DNA from: a virus
Lineage: Duplodnaviria; Caudoviricetes
Direction: 5' to 3' (one strand)
IMG/VR virus record: IMGVR_UViG_3300013947_000021
Location: 157,228-221,227 of that record
Length of the DNA stretch: 64,000 bases
The position numbers were made by a program, and so were the translations under genes. Numbering within the stretch: position 1 is the stretch's first letter; every line of letters starts with the position of its first letter. The notes beneath the pieces are model-generated. The model saw only the letters and a list, made by a program, of their open reading frames with translations, was not told the DNA's origin and ran no database searches. Shown here piece by piece: positions 1 through 9,538 of this stretch.

Positions 1-219
1 TCAATTTCAATGAGTGGCTCAGTATCAGAAGAAACTGGAAGTGTATCTGTTTCTGGCAATATTACTATAAATAATGCAGATACCAAGACTACAAAGATTA
101 CCGGAACATTAAAAATAAGGCCTAAAGATAGGATAATAAAAGCTCCTAGTAAATGGGCCGTTACATTTATAGGTGGAGATATATCAAAGCCTAGAATAAT
201 TTGTAGATTGTTAGATTGA
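1..219 (+). CDS. C-terminal end of a gene truncated by the window edge (hypothetical)
   Basis: Frame is open back to position 1; stop overlaps the RBS region of the endolysin. Confidence 0.55.
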   Translation, partial: SISMSGSVSEETGSVSVSGNITINNADTKTTKITGTLKIRPKDRIIKAPSKWAVTFIGGDISKPRIICRLLD

Positions 220-233
220 AGGAGGAAAATATT

Positions 234-1277
234 ATGTCAGTAATTATTTGTCTTGACCCTGGTCATGTACGTAATTATAATCATGGTGCATATGATCTTT
301 ATTATGAAGGTACCAAAATGTATGATCTTGCAGTAATGCTTAAACAAGAAATTGATAAGTATCCTGGTATGGAAGCTATCATTACCAGAAAGAATGTCGA
401 TGATAATCCTGAACTTCATATCAGAGGAAGAATTGCAAAGAATGCTGGGGCTAGATGCTTTATATCTCTTCATACCAATGCCGCAGTTAATCCCAATATT
501 AATCAGGTTACTATATTTAGATCTATTAAAATGCCTGGTACTGAAGCTCTTGCATGGAAACTTGAAAATGCTATAGCAGATCTTATCGGTAAGGATGTTC
601 CTACCACTAAGTATCCTAGAATTGCTACTAGACTTATTTCATCTGGTCCTAAGGCTGGACAGGATTATTATGGAGTACTTAGAGGAAGTACTGATGGATC
701 TATTAAGGAATCCATGATAATTGAGCATGTTTATCATACTAATTATAAACAGGCTGAATGGATGTATAACAATAATAATCTTAGACAGCTTGCTATAGTA
801 GAAGCTAAGGTTCTTGCAGATTATTATGCTGATCTTAGAGCTCAAGAAATAAATAAGCCTACTAATAATACTAATAATAACAATACAACTACTGTTGGAA
901 AAGCTTATATTGTAAAATCTGGAGATTCATGGTGGTCAATTGCTGCTAATCAGATGGGTTCAGGAGCTAAGATGTATGAACTTGCTGAATATAACAATTG
1001 TACTATAAAGTCTGTACTTGCTGTTGGAAGTACTATAAAGATTCCTACTATTGCAAGCAATAATGATAAGTCCAATAATAATTCTAGCAATACTAATACT
1101 ACTAAACCTGCTACTGGTTATAAATTCTATACTGTTAAAATAGGTGATTCTTGGTGGGGAATTGCTGCTAGAGAAATGGGTAATGGAGCTAAATATAAAG
1201 AACTTGCTGAATATAATGGACTTAAGACTACTAGTATTATAAAGCCTGGTCAGACTATAAAGATTCCTGTAGCATAA
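234..1277 (+). CDS. Endolysin-like N-acetylmuramoyl-L-alanine amidase (Amidase_3) with two C-terminal LysM domains
   Basis: LDPGH, E, SLHTNA and IIEHVY zinc-amidase motifs; two YxVKxGDSWWxIA...N LysM repeats with Asn/Thr linkers; GGAGG RBS before ATG 234. Confidence 0.92.
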   Translation: MSVIICLDPGHVRNYNHGAYDLYYEGTKMYDLAVMLKQEIDKYPGMEAIITRKNVDDNPELHIRGRIAKNAGARCFISLHTNAAVNPNINQVTIFRSIKMPGTEALAWKLENAIADLIGKDVPTTKYPRIATRLISSGPKAGQDYYGVLRGSTDGSIKESMIIEHVYHTNYKQAEWMYNNNNLRQLAIVEAKVLADYYADLRAQEINKPTNNTNNNNTTTVGKAYIVKSGDSWWSIAANQMGSGAKMYELAEYNNCTIKSVLAVGSTIKIPTIASNNDKSNNNSSNTNTTKPATGYKFYTVKIGDSWWGIAAREMGNGAKYKELAEYNGLKTTSIIKPGQTIKIPVA

Positions 1278-1283
1278 AAATAT

Positions 1284-1308
1284 CCCCTAGGAGAAATTCT
1301 CCTAGGGG
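1284..1308. terminator. Bidirectional intrinsic terminator
   Basis: CCCCTAGGAGA/TCTCCTAGGGG inverted repeat between convergent genes. Confidence 0.85.
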
Positions 1309-1315
1309 TTTATAT

Positions 1316-2464
1316 TTAATATCTATTCTCAACTATATCGGGATAATTAACAAATATACCATAATTTTTATTCTTATATACGGCTGTATTGGCAAGTTTC
1401 TCTCTCATAGCTTTAAATTGTTCGAGAACTTTTATCCACTTCTGCCGCATATCTTCATCTTGTTCTTCCATCGCATAATCATCAAGAATAGATATATTGT
1501 TATTAATAACTCTCATGAGATAAAGAGCATCTGCTTCTTCTTCTACATTCTTAATCTGCATAAGAAGTTCACAGTATGTACCTTCAATCATCTTGAGATT
1601 ATTAAGTCTATGTTTTCTCTTCTTTTCTGCAATTCTTTCTTTAATAGTAGATTCAAGAACCATATTATCATCAATATGCTTAATTCTCTTAATCATATTC
1701 TCATACTCAGTCTGCTCAATTCTAGATGCAGTAAATGCTCTTGCTCTAGCAAGTGTATTAATTGCTCCAACTCTTCTTATCTTAAGATTTCTATAAATAG
1801 AGAGAGCCCATGCAAAAATAGCAAACTTACTTACCTGAGCATTTGCATAAATAGAACCGAAATTTCTATATATAGTATCATGAGCCATTCCAAGATCATA
1901 TGCAAGTCCATATGCATTAAGGAATTCATTAGAATAGAATACATCACTATCTTCTATATAGAAGAAAGAATTAACTTTAGAAAGATAATCTCTAAGTCCA
2001 AATCCAAGAATATCTTTATAGTGAATAGAATCAGATATCTTTATATTATCTCTATTTGCATAAAGATATGCATTAAGTGTATCTCTAGTATTCTCCATAG
2101 GAGTAGAATCATTTACAAGTCTAGAAACTTCATAAAGAAGAATAGAAATAATCTTTTCTATATCAAGATTAAGAATAGGATCAAAAAGCTTAGAATCAAA
2201 TTCTATCATATAAGTATTTATTCTATAAGGATCATCATCAGAAATGAGATCATAAATACTCGATACATTGACGATAGGCATTATTTTAATACCAAAAAAC
2301 ATTCTATCAATATTAGTAGTATAAAGTACCTCTTTACATTCAGAATCAGTAAAGAATTTATTAAGTTCATTCTTAATAGTTTTAAGATCAGAGGTATTTA
2401 TATCGAATTTATTTTTCAGCCTACTAATAGCATCAGCTAAATTAGTAAAGTCATATTTAATCAT
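1316..2464 (-). CDS. Hypothetical, probable virion head protein
   Basis: 382 aa ORF, GGAGG RBS, AACT-N6-TAA promoter at 2492-2504, next to the capsid gene. Confidence 0.6.
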   Translation of the reverse strand: MIKYDFTNLADAISRLKNKFDINTSDLKTIKNELNKFFTDSECKEVLYTTNIDRMFFGIKIMPIVNVSSIYDLISDDDPYRINTYMIEFDSKLFDPILNLDIEKIISILLYEVSRLVNDSTPMENTRDTLNAYLYANRDNIKISDSIHYKDILGFGLRDYLSKVNSFFYIEDSDVFYSNEFLNAYGLAYDLGMAHDTIYRNFGSIYANAQVSKFAIFAWALSIYRNLKIRRVGAINTLARARAFTASRIEQTEYENMIKRIKHIDDNMVLESTIKERIAEKKRKHRLNNLKMIEGTYCELLMQIKNVEEEADALYLMRVINNNISILDDYAMEEQDEDMRQKWIKVLEQFKAMREKLANTAVYKNKNYGIFVNYPDIVENRY

Positions 2465-2531
2465 AACTAACCTCCTGCTAGCAATTATTAATTACATAAT
2501 AGTTGGCCTATTTTAGCTATATATAAAAAGA

Positions 2532-2559
2532 ATGAAGAGAGCAATTATGCTCTCTTCAT
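2532..2559 (-). terminator. Terminator of the major capsid gene
   Basis: ATGAAGAGAGCA/TGCTCTCTTCAT stem followed by a T-run on the minus strand. Confidence 0.85.
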
Positions 2560-2606
2560 CCCTGTTGTTCAACAAATTAGAAGTTTTGTAAATAATTAAT
2601 TTTTAA

Positions 2607-4424
2607 TTAGCCGTTATTCGTGATAAGGTTGAAATCCGACATATGGTTGCCAGTCTCATAATGAGTATCCTTATCAAACGGATCGGTGTTGGGAGCAATG
2701 TTCTCAAGTCCAGTCGGATGAAGGATCTTAATACGACCCTGAACAGGCTGATACTCATAGAACTTCCAACGCTCAAATGCATGAACTGCCGGAAGTGCCG
2801 GGTTAGCAGCATTTCTGATCTCGTTCGAGACATAGAGCTGGTAATCATAAATACGGTAAACAATACGATCACTATTTCTCGGGCAGAGAATGATAATGAG
2901 GTTAGTATTGCCACGGAGCTTATCAGACGAAATGAACTGGTAAACTCTCTTATCAGAAGTAACAACAGTCTTCGTGAAGTCAAGATCAACCGGACCGATT
3001 GCAGACGGAGTCTGATAAGTATACTCAGTAGGAGTAATCTTACGAATAAGCTCAGGAGCACCAAATACCGAGATGGTCATGTTCGGATCGTTAAGAACCT
3101 GGAAGAGACCAGTCGAAACAGTATCAAGGTAATCCATGAACGTCTTCTGTCTCCACTCAATGTGATCAAGAGCATAGCCCTGTCTCGGAGCGAAGTCAAA
3201 AGTGGTCTGATACTTGGAGTACTTGTCCATATGGCGGAACGAGTCATCAAGCTCATGATGGATAGCAGTATCCTTATACTCACCAAGAACGTCCTTCATA
3301 AGATCAAGAACCTTCGAGAGCTGATTTACGTTGTAAAGAGCACCAAGATCCTTAACCTCTTCCGGCGACACAGGAGTATTCATCGGAATAGCATTACCAA
3401 TCTCGACAACGTCAGTCTTAACAGCCCACTGAACCGATCCCATCGGATAGTTAGCAGAAGAGCTATCGAGCTGAGCCGAGATCTTAATAGCAGTGATAAC
3501 ACCCTTAGCGGAAAGGACAGAAACCTTATTCTTGTCCATCTTGCCATAGAGCTCATCTTCCTTAACAGTAGTCTTAGTCTCATCAGTAGCATCAGTGCAT
3601 TCAATCTGAACTCTCTGAGCCATGATACGATTAAGATCACCGTAGTTCGGAGTAAACATGTACTTTACCGGATACCAAACATCCTTCGTGGTAGCCTCAC
3701 CAAGAACCTCACCAGACTCAGGATCGATCTCACCAGCAGCAAAGTGAACATCCTTAACCTTAATAGCAGAAATATAAGTATCAATTGCGAAGCTGTCATC
3801 ATCAGTACCCTGAAGGTCAGTAAGAATCTCTTCAGACTGAGTCTCAGTAAGCGGAAGAGTAAACTCAAACTCCTTCATCGGACGAGTATTAAGCATAGCT
3901 CCGTAGATCTTGTTCTGCTCCTTGAACATATCGATCTTCTTGCCATCAGGAGTTACGAAGTAACGAGTCTCCATCGAGACAGTGAACTTCGGCTCTCTAG
4001 CGACAAACTTCGGAATAGCACCCTTGTCGAAGACCGTATTCATAAGAATATTCTTATGAACCGGGAAGGTCATACCGATAACAGGGTTGTAGGTATTAAG
4101 AGCTGCATTCTCAAGCACAGCCTGAGCATCATTATTGAAGAGCTCCTCATACATAAGATGTGCATCCTCAGCGAGGACTGCAGCATTTGCAGGATCAACA
4201 CTAGCGAACTCGTTATCATCAACACAGTTCTCAGTGTAGAAATTCTTAAGTGCTTCTCTAGAAGCTCTAACCGAAAGAGCAGTGACCGGATCTCTAAAGA
4301 GATCAACTGCACACTCAGAAAGAATATCCTTACAAGTAGAAATAAACGATTCTGTATATGCTCTATTAGCAGTAGTATAACCAGAACCAACAGTGGTCTG
4401 CTTTCTGTTACCAATTACAGGCAT
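2607..4424 (-). CDS. Probable major capsid protein precursor
   Basis: 605 aa, extreme high-expression codon bias, own promoter and terminator, head-gene neighbourhood; acidic N-terminal propeptide-like region ending near AVLE. Confidence 0.75.
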   Translation of the reverse strand: MPVIGNRKQTTVGSGYTTANRAYTESFISTCKDILSECAVDLFRDPVTALSVRASREALKNFYTENCVDDNEFASVDPANAAVLAEDAHLMYEELFNNDAQAVLENAALNTYNPVIGMTFPVHKNILMNTVFDKGAIPKFVAREPKFTVSMETRYFVTPDGKKIDMFKEQNKIYGAMLNTRPMKEFEFTLPLTETQSEEILTDLQGTDDDSFAIDTYISAIKVKDVHFAAGEIDPESGEVLGEATTKDVWYPVKYMFTPNYGDLNRIMAQRVQIECTDATDETKTTVKEDELYGKMDKNKVSVLSAKGVITAIKISAQLDSSSANYPMGSVQWAVKTDVVEIGNAIPMNTPVSPEEVKDLGALYNVNQLSKVLDLMKDVLGEYKDTAIHHELDDSFRHMDKYSKYQTTFDFAPRQGYALDHIEWRQKTFMDYLDTVSTGLFQVLNDPNMTISVFGAPELIRKITPTEYTYQTPSAIGPVDLDFTKTVVTSDKRVYQFISSDKLRGNTNLIIILCPRNSDRIVYRIYDYQLYVSNEIRNAANPALPAVHAFERWKFYEYQPVQGRIKILHPTGLENIAPNTDPFDKDTHYETGNHMSDFNLITNNG

Positions 4425-4496
4425 TTTATTTATCTCCTTTCAATAATTAAATTGAGAATTTTATTATTTTATTAATTACCGTATTTCGGTAATATT

Positions 4497-4509
4497 TTAT
4501 CATGATGTT
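4497..4509 (-). promoter_or_regulatory. Phage RNAP promoter AACA-N6-TAA for the capsid gene
   Basis: AACA TCATGA TAA on the minus strand; same motif precedes many genes in the window. Confidence 0.75.
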
Positions 4510-4546
4510 AGCAAATCATCTTTTTGCAAGACTTAAATTAACCAAA

Positions 4547-5257
4547 TTATTCAGTAGGAATATTCATTTCTTTAAGCATATTATTTATAGCGGTCAATGT
4601 AGCAAGATATCTATTATAAATTATAGAATTTTCTATATAAGATTTGGTCTTATACACATTCTCCATATAATCTATAATCATATCTTTAAGTTTTACTAAA
4701 TTATTAGAGGCAAATTCTATTATAGATACATTTTCTTCAGAAAGATTTGCTGCAGAAATTTTTTCTATAATAGCATTTATAAGCTCATATAGTGCGAGAT
4801 AGTTTCTCTTTAATTCTTTATGCTTAATATCAAGCTGTTCAGGAGTAAGATTGTTATAAAGCTCTTCTTCCTGTTTCTTAATATCATCTACTTTCTCATC
4901 ACTATTATCGTCTCCACCACTGGAATCGTTGCTATCTCCAGAACTGTTATTATCGTCAGAATTATCAGATCCTGAATCATCTCCAGAATCGTCTCCATCG
5001 AAATTCATATCAGTATAATCTGTATTGTCAGAATCATCTGAATTATTATCAGCATTATCATCCTGATTATTATTTTCAGTAGTATTTTCTTCAGCGTTAT
5101 TATCATTAGAATTTTGATCTGATGTATTAGCATCATTTGTATCATTAGTATCTGCTGTGTAATCAGTATTATTATCGTTACCAGCATCAGGACTATCTTC
5201 ATGTAAAGGAGATAGTCTATTGAAGTCAGATTTGCTTAATGAAAATAAAAGGCCCAT
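4547..5257 (-). CDS. Acidic D/N/S low-complexity protein with C-terminal helical domain (scaffold/inner-head candidate)
   Basis: 236 aa, RBS, promoter at 5281-5293, lies directly upstream of the capsid gene. Confidence 0.55.
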   Translation of the reverse strand: MGLLFSLSKSDFNRLSPLHEDSPDAGNDNNTDYTADTNDTNDANTSDQNSNDNNAEENTTENNNQDDNADNNSDDSDNTDYTDMNFDGDDSGDDSGSDNSDDNNSSGDSNDSSGGDDNSDEKVDDIKKQEEELYNNLTPEQLDIKHKELKRNYLALYELINAIIEKISAANLSEENVSIIEFASNNLVKLKDMIIDYMENVYKTKSYIENSIIYNRYLATLTAINNMLKEMNIPTE

Positions 5258-5338
5258 TATTATACCTCCTTTTTAATTAATTATTTGTATGTTGCAGATA
5301 GAAATAATAAAGAGGCCTCATGAGGCCTCTTATTGTTT

Positions 5339-7615
5339 TTACTCAACGCCCTTTGTATCATAAACTTTCTGTCCAAGTTCAACTTTCATCTTATACTTAA
5401 TTCTTTGAAGCTGTCTCTGAAGATTTCTCTGGATAGTAAGAAGCTGTTTTAATGCTTTCATATCATTCTTAGATTCAGCAATATCAATATACTTCTTACA
5501 CATTTCAAGTTCAATCTCAATGTCATCTATAATCATCTGTCTTTCTTTAGCCTTATATTTAGCACTAATGCCAAAATATCCTAAAGTACTAATAACTGCA
5601 AGTACAGGCTGGCCAATTGCAATAAGTCCAGCATTTAAAATACCAAGCTTAATAATCTTAGATGCAGAAGGGAGAATAGATCCTTTTATAATAGCTTCTC
5701 TATTATCATTTGTAAGAGACTTCTCAAAATTTTTAGTCAAATTACTCATAGAATAATCTACATTCTTAGATATCTGCTTCTGCTTATCGTTAAGATTTGT
5801 TAAAGAATTCTTTAATTTCTGTCCAGCTAATTTTAAATTATTAAGGAAAGATACTTCATTTAAAGGATATGATGATTTAGCATTAATAGTGTAATCATTC
5901 ATGGCTTTATAATAATTACATACTGCATCAGTATAATTAATACATTCAGCCAATGTATATAATTTAACAGAATCTATATCAATATCTTTAAATTCATTTA
6001 TACTATCTGGTATATTATTTGATATAATAAAATTATCACTTATATAAATAAGATTATCATAGATTTTATTCAATGCTTCATCAAAATTAAAATCAAAACC
6101 ATCGAAATTAAAATCATCATCAGAAGAATCAGAATCATATACTCCATCTTCTATTTCCTTATTATATCTATCTTCCTGCTCCTTTTCAGTAGATACATCA
6201 CCAAGATATTCATTAAGTTTATTCTTTGCATTATTAAGAGACTTTATATAAGCTTCAAGCTTCTTTTTAGTTTCTTCATCTGAAGTAGATGCAATCTTGG
6301 TTTTGGTATTTTTGATTTCATTATTAAAGCAATCAATCATTTTAATTGCATCCTGCTTTTTAATCTTCATAGATATAGCTCTATCAGCAATCAAAGTTCC
6401 AATACTCATTATAGGACCAACTGCAGGAATAGCAGCTATACCAAGAATAAAGAATCCTCTAATAAAGCTTAAGAATTTAGGAGTTCCTTTAGTAATATTA
6501 GTTACATTATTAGAGTAAAGCTTTCTTATCATCTTTCTAAGTTTACCTTCAGGCTTGCTATTAGCATCTTTAGAAAGCTCGCTCTTTTTATATTCATTAA
6601 ATAATTTATCAAAATCTATTTCTTCATCTTTAGATTCTTCTTTATTTTCAGAAGTATTATTATCAGAAGCTCCTTCTGTATAATTATCAATTCTTTTACT
6701 TATATAAGAAGAATTATCTAAATTATCAGATTCAGGTTCTTCCTCTGTAAGAATATCCACATCTTTAAGATCATCTTTATCAAAAAGAATAGTAGATTCT
6801 AATACATTTTTACAAGTATTAATTCCATCTTCTTTAAATAAGAAATAATCATTAGCAGTATTAATTACATCAGAAATCTTATATGACGTGGAATATTTTT
6901 CCAATCCATACCAGGCAGTTTCTATAATAGTATTATACTTAATAATATCAGGAATATTATAGGTATCAATAAAATTACATAATTCTATTACGGTATCTTG
7001 AATACCATTTATAGAAGGATTGGATGAGAATAGATTGTCTATATTAAATCTCTTTGATACTCTATTATAATTTTCAATAATAAGATCACAATATTCACAT
7101 AAATAAAGTTTATCTAAAATCTTATTATAAATAAGATTTATAGTATTTTCTTTAAGAGAATCATCTGTAGTTTCTGCAGGTGTAGAACTATCAACTTTAG
7201 CTACATTAGATCCAGTAGCATTAAATGATTTTTTAATAGCATCATTTATCTGATCTTGAATATTATGAGAAATTTTTAAAGCAGATTTATTTGTAACTCT
7301 ACTCATTCTCATCTTTATAACTTTAGCAGTTTCTTTTGCATCTCTTACTTTATCAACAGCCTCATTTATAATAAGATTACCCAATTTATTTATATTTGAT
7401 ATATTGGACTTTTCTGTAAAAATATCAAATATCTCCATACATATAAGCAAATTAGGACTGGAAGAACTAGTAATGCATTCTTCCATAAAAGAAAATATTT
7501 GTTTAGAACTGTAATGGGTCTTAATATTATTTAAAACTCTTTCTTGTATAATGGTTTCATTTGCGTCTAGCCCACGAATTCTAGATCGCATATCATTGAT
7601 ATTAATCGCTCCCAT
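5339..7615 (-). CDS. Large probable virion/inner-head protein
   Basis: 758 aa, promoter at 7641-7653, two similar hydrophobic-hairpin plus coiled-coil blocks. Confidence 0.55.
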   Translation of the reverse strand: MGAININDMRSRIRGLDANETIIQERVLNNIKTHYSSKQIFSFMEECITSSSSPNLLICMEIFDIFTEKSNISNINKLGNLIINEAVDKVRDAKETAKVIKMRMSRVTNKSALKISHNIQDQINDAIKKSFNATGSNVAKVDSSTPAETTDDSLKENTINLIYNKILDKLYLCEYCDLIIENYNRVSKRFNIDNLFSSNPSINGIQDTVIELCNFIDTYNIPDIIKYNTIIETAWYGLEKYSTSYKISDVINTANDYFLFKEDGINTCKNVLESTILFDKDDLKDVDILTEEEPESDNLDNSSYISKRIDNYTEGASDNNTSENKEESKDEEIDFDKLFNEYKKSELSKDANSKPEGKLRKMIRKLYSNNVTNITKGTPKFLSFIRGFFILGIAAIPAVGPIMSIGTLIADRAISMKIKKQDAIKMIDCFNNEIKNTKTKIASTSDEETKKKLEAYIKSLNNAKNKLNEYLGDVSTEKEQEDRYNKEIEDGVYDSDSSDDDFNFDGFDFNFDEALNKIYDNLIYISDNFIISNNIPDSINEFKDIDIDSVKLYTLAECINYTDAVCNYYKAMNDYTINAKSSYPLNEVSFLNNLKLAGQKLKNSLTNLNDKQKQISKNVDYSMSNLTKNFEKSLTNDNREAIIKGSILPSASKIIKLGILNAGLIAIGQPVLAVISTLGYFGISAKYKAKERQMIIDDIEIELEMCKKYIDIAESKNDMKALKQLLTIQRNLQRQLQRIKYKMKVELGQKVYDTKGVE

Positions 7616-7720
7616 ATTGGCCCTCCATAAATATTAAATATTATAAATAAGTTAAAATCGGTATTTATACAAAAAATAAATATAGGCAAGGTTTGCTTGT
7701 CTATATTTATTATAATTTAA

Positions 7721-8338
7721 TTACTCATCATTATCATCATTAGAAGATATAGATTCAATACAATCATCAATATCTAAATCTCCTTCTATCATTCTTTTAA
7801 GATTACTCTTATTTATATCAAAAAGTGTTGCAGCATGAGCAACTGCACATGAATTAAGCGGAACATAAATTCCATGAGGACCTTTAGCATTTCCTATATA
7901 GCAAGGATGATCAATTCTACCAAGATCATGAATAGTATCATCATCTTTAGTAGTACCAATATAATGGAATCCATCATCTACAGTATTTATAATTCCAGCC
8001 AATGGGATCTTATACTGTCTATCTGCCTTACAACCAACTCTTGCATCATGAACATTTGAAACTACTGGAGCTCCAAGCATAGCTCCAGAAAAAGTTGGAT
8101 CTCCAACAATTTCTACATCATGATCTTTATTAATAGCAAATCCATTTTCACTTATTGTATGCTGAAATCCTAATGCAAAATCAGCAAACTCATCAAGCTT
8201 ATCAATCTTATCTGCTATATCAAGCATATAATTATTAATCTGCTTAGCCATAGCATGTTCCGCTTCAGATTTATCTTCTTTCTTTATAAAGTCTAAATCC
8301 TCTGCAGGAATATGAAGTACATATTTCTTAGTTTCCAT
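7721..8338 (-). CDS. Hypothetical protein
   Basis: 205 aa ORF with AAGGAG RBS. Confidence 0.7.
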   Translation of the reverse strand: METKKYVLHIPAEDLDFIKKEDKSEAEHAMAKQINNYMLDIADKIDKLDEFADFALGFQHTISENGFAINKDHDVEIVGDPTFSGAMLGAPVVSNVHDARVGCKADRQYKIPLAGIINTVDDGFHYIGTTKDDDTIHDLGRIDHPCYIGNAKGPHGIYVPLNSCAVAHAATLFDINKSNLKRMIEGDLDIDDCIESISSNDDNDE

Positions 8339-8367
8339 TTTATTCTATCTCCTTTAAATAATTTTTA

Positions 8368-8994
8368 TTATATTTCAGATGTATCATATTTTAAAGCATA
8401 CTTCTCAAAAATCTTAAATTGTTCAAATTCTGTTTCTTCTTTTCCATAAATATTTTCAAATTCTTTATTTAATATAGAAGAGTCAAAATCGGGCATGGTG
8501 AAATTAAATATCATCATCATATTAATGCCATAATTATTAGCATATAATCCTAAAAGCGTTTTATACACTATAAAATTAGTATGGTCAAGATCAATATCAT
8601 TAAATTCTTTCTTAGTTTTTCTACTAAGTAAATAAGAATGAACAAAATGATTTGTTAAATTACATGATGCATAAAGAATCATATCAGAAAGATAATCTAT
8701 AACCTCTAATCCTTCTGGAGTAAAAAGTTGTAAGGAATTATATATTTTCTGATCTAATTCAGGAATCATACTACCATCAGTATTTGAAACCTGATCAAGC
8801 GTAATAATATTAAATCTATCTGTAATATTTTTATAATTAGAAATACTGTGATAGACTTTATTTATTATTTCTGTGCCTAAAACGTTTTCTGGTTGTTTTG
8901 TAGCTTTAATTTTATCTTTTAGGGTCTTTTCATTTGCTACAGCAAGTTTCATAAAACTCATTTTCGATATTGGTAAATAAGTGTCTTTTTTCAT
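8368..8994 (-). CDS. Hypothetical protein, probably early
   Basis: 208 aa, AGGAGAAAT RBS, GATATTAT motif at 9061-9068 plus leader hairpin. Confidence 0.7.
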   Translation of the reverse strand: MKKDTYLPISKMSFMKLAVANEKTLKDKIKATKQPENVLGTEIINKVYHSISNYKNITDRFNIITLDQVSNTDGSMIPELDQKIYNSLQLFTPEGLEVIDYLSDMILYASCNLTNHFVHSYLLSRKTKKEFNDIDLDHTNFIVYKTLLGLYANNYGINMMMIFNFTMPDFDSSILNKEFENIYGKEETEFEQFKIFEKYALKYDTSEI

Positions 8995-9087
8995 AATAAA
9001 TTTCTCCTAAATAAAATATATTTTTTTTTGAATACATTTTAATTATTTGTATTCAAAAATATAATATCTAATTATTTTAATAAATAA

Positions 9088-9266
9088 TAAAAAGAATTAA
9101 GGTGCAGCCATCTCAGCCGCACCTTAATCTATTTCAACAAAAGGAGAAATCATGAAACGAAAACAACAAAAATTTACACGAACACAAAAGCAATGAGCAA
9201 AATAAATGAAAGGAAAACAATGAAAACCAAATCACGAGCAGTAGAGATTGGGACTTAATCCCTACT
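9088..9266 (-). ncRNA. Candidate small RNA 1 (anti-SD / anti-start-codon)
   Basis: AACA-N6-TAG promoter 9265-9277, 5' hairpin, U-rich body, terminator 9098-9129; G-U pairs in both stems work only on the minus strand. Confidence 0.65.
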
Positions 9267-9296
9267 AATAATATGTTAATATTTTTTCATAAATAT

Positions 9297-9443
9297 AAAG
9301 AAAATAATGCAAGATGAATTTCCATCTTGCATTATAATTTTCTGAAAGGACAATAATACATAATAAATTGTAACGAAAATAAAATATATGAGGTTCCAAA
9401 ATCACCAATAGCTATCCCACAAATTAGATGGTGAGTCTAATTT
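9297..9443 (-). ncRNA. Candidate small RNA 2 (anti-SD)
   Basis: AACA-N6-TAA promoter 9442-9454, hairpin starting at predicted +1, UCCUUUCA core, terminator 9304-9335 with U-tract. Confidence 0.6.
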
Positions 9444-9495
9444 ATAATAGTGTTTGTAATATATTTTTAAATACCAGCCAAATTCTATATGTCCA

Positions 9496-9508
9496 AACAT
9501 ATCGATAA
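9496..9508 (+). promoter_or_regulatory. AACA-N6-TAA promoter of the prohead protease
   Basis: AACA TATCGA TAA about 30 nt before the start codon. Confidence 0.7.
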
Positions 9509-9538
9509 ATATATTTAAATACCGGAGGTGTATATAAT

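Noticed and set aside
1418-2440. 340-aa antisense ORF and the many short overlapping ORFs in the track
   Set aside because: They overlap well-supported genes and lack an RBS or recognisable motifs
2643-4475. 610-aa plus-strand ORF antisense to the capsid gene
   Set aside because: Shadow frame: the highly expressed gene avoids TTA/CTA/TCA codons; no RBS and unnatural composition
9152-9258. Plus-strand mini-ORFs with good-looking RBSs
   Set aside because: No plus-strand promoter seen, while promoter, G-U pairs and U-tract all point to the minus strand; kept as the alternative hypothesis, not excluded
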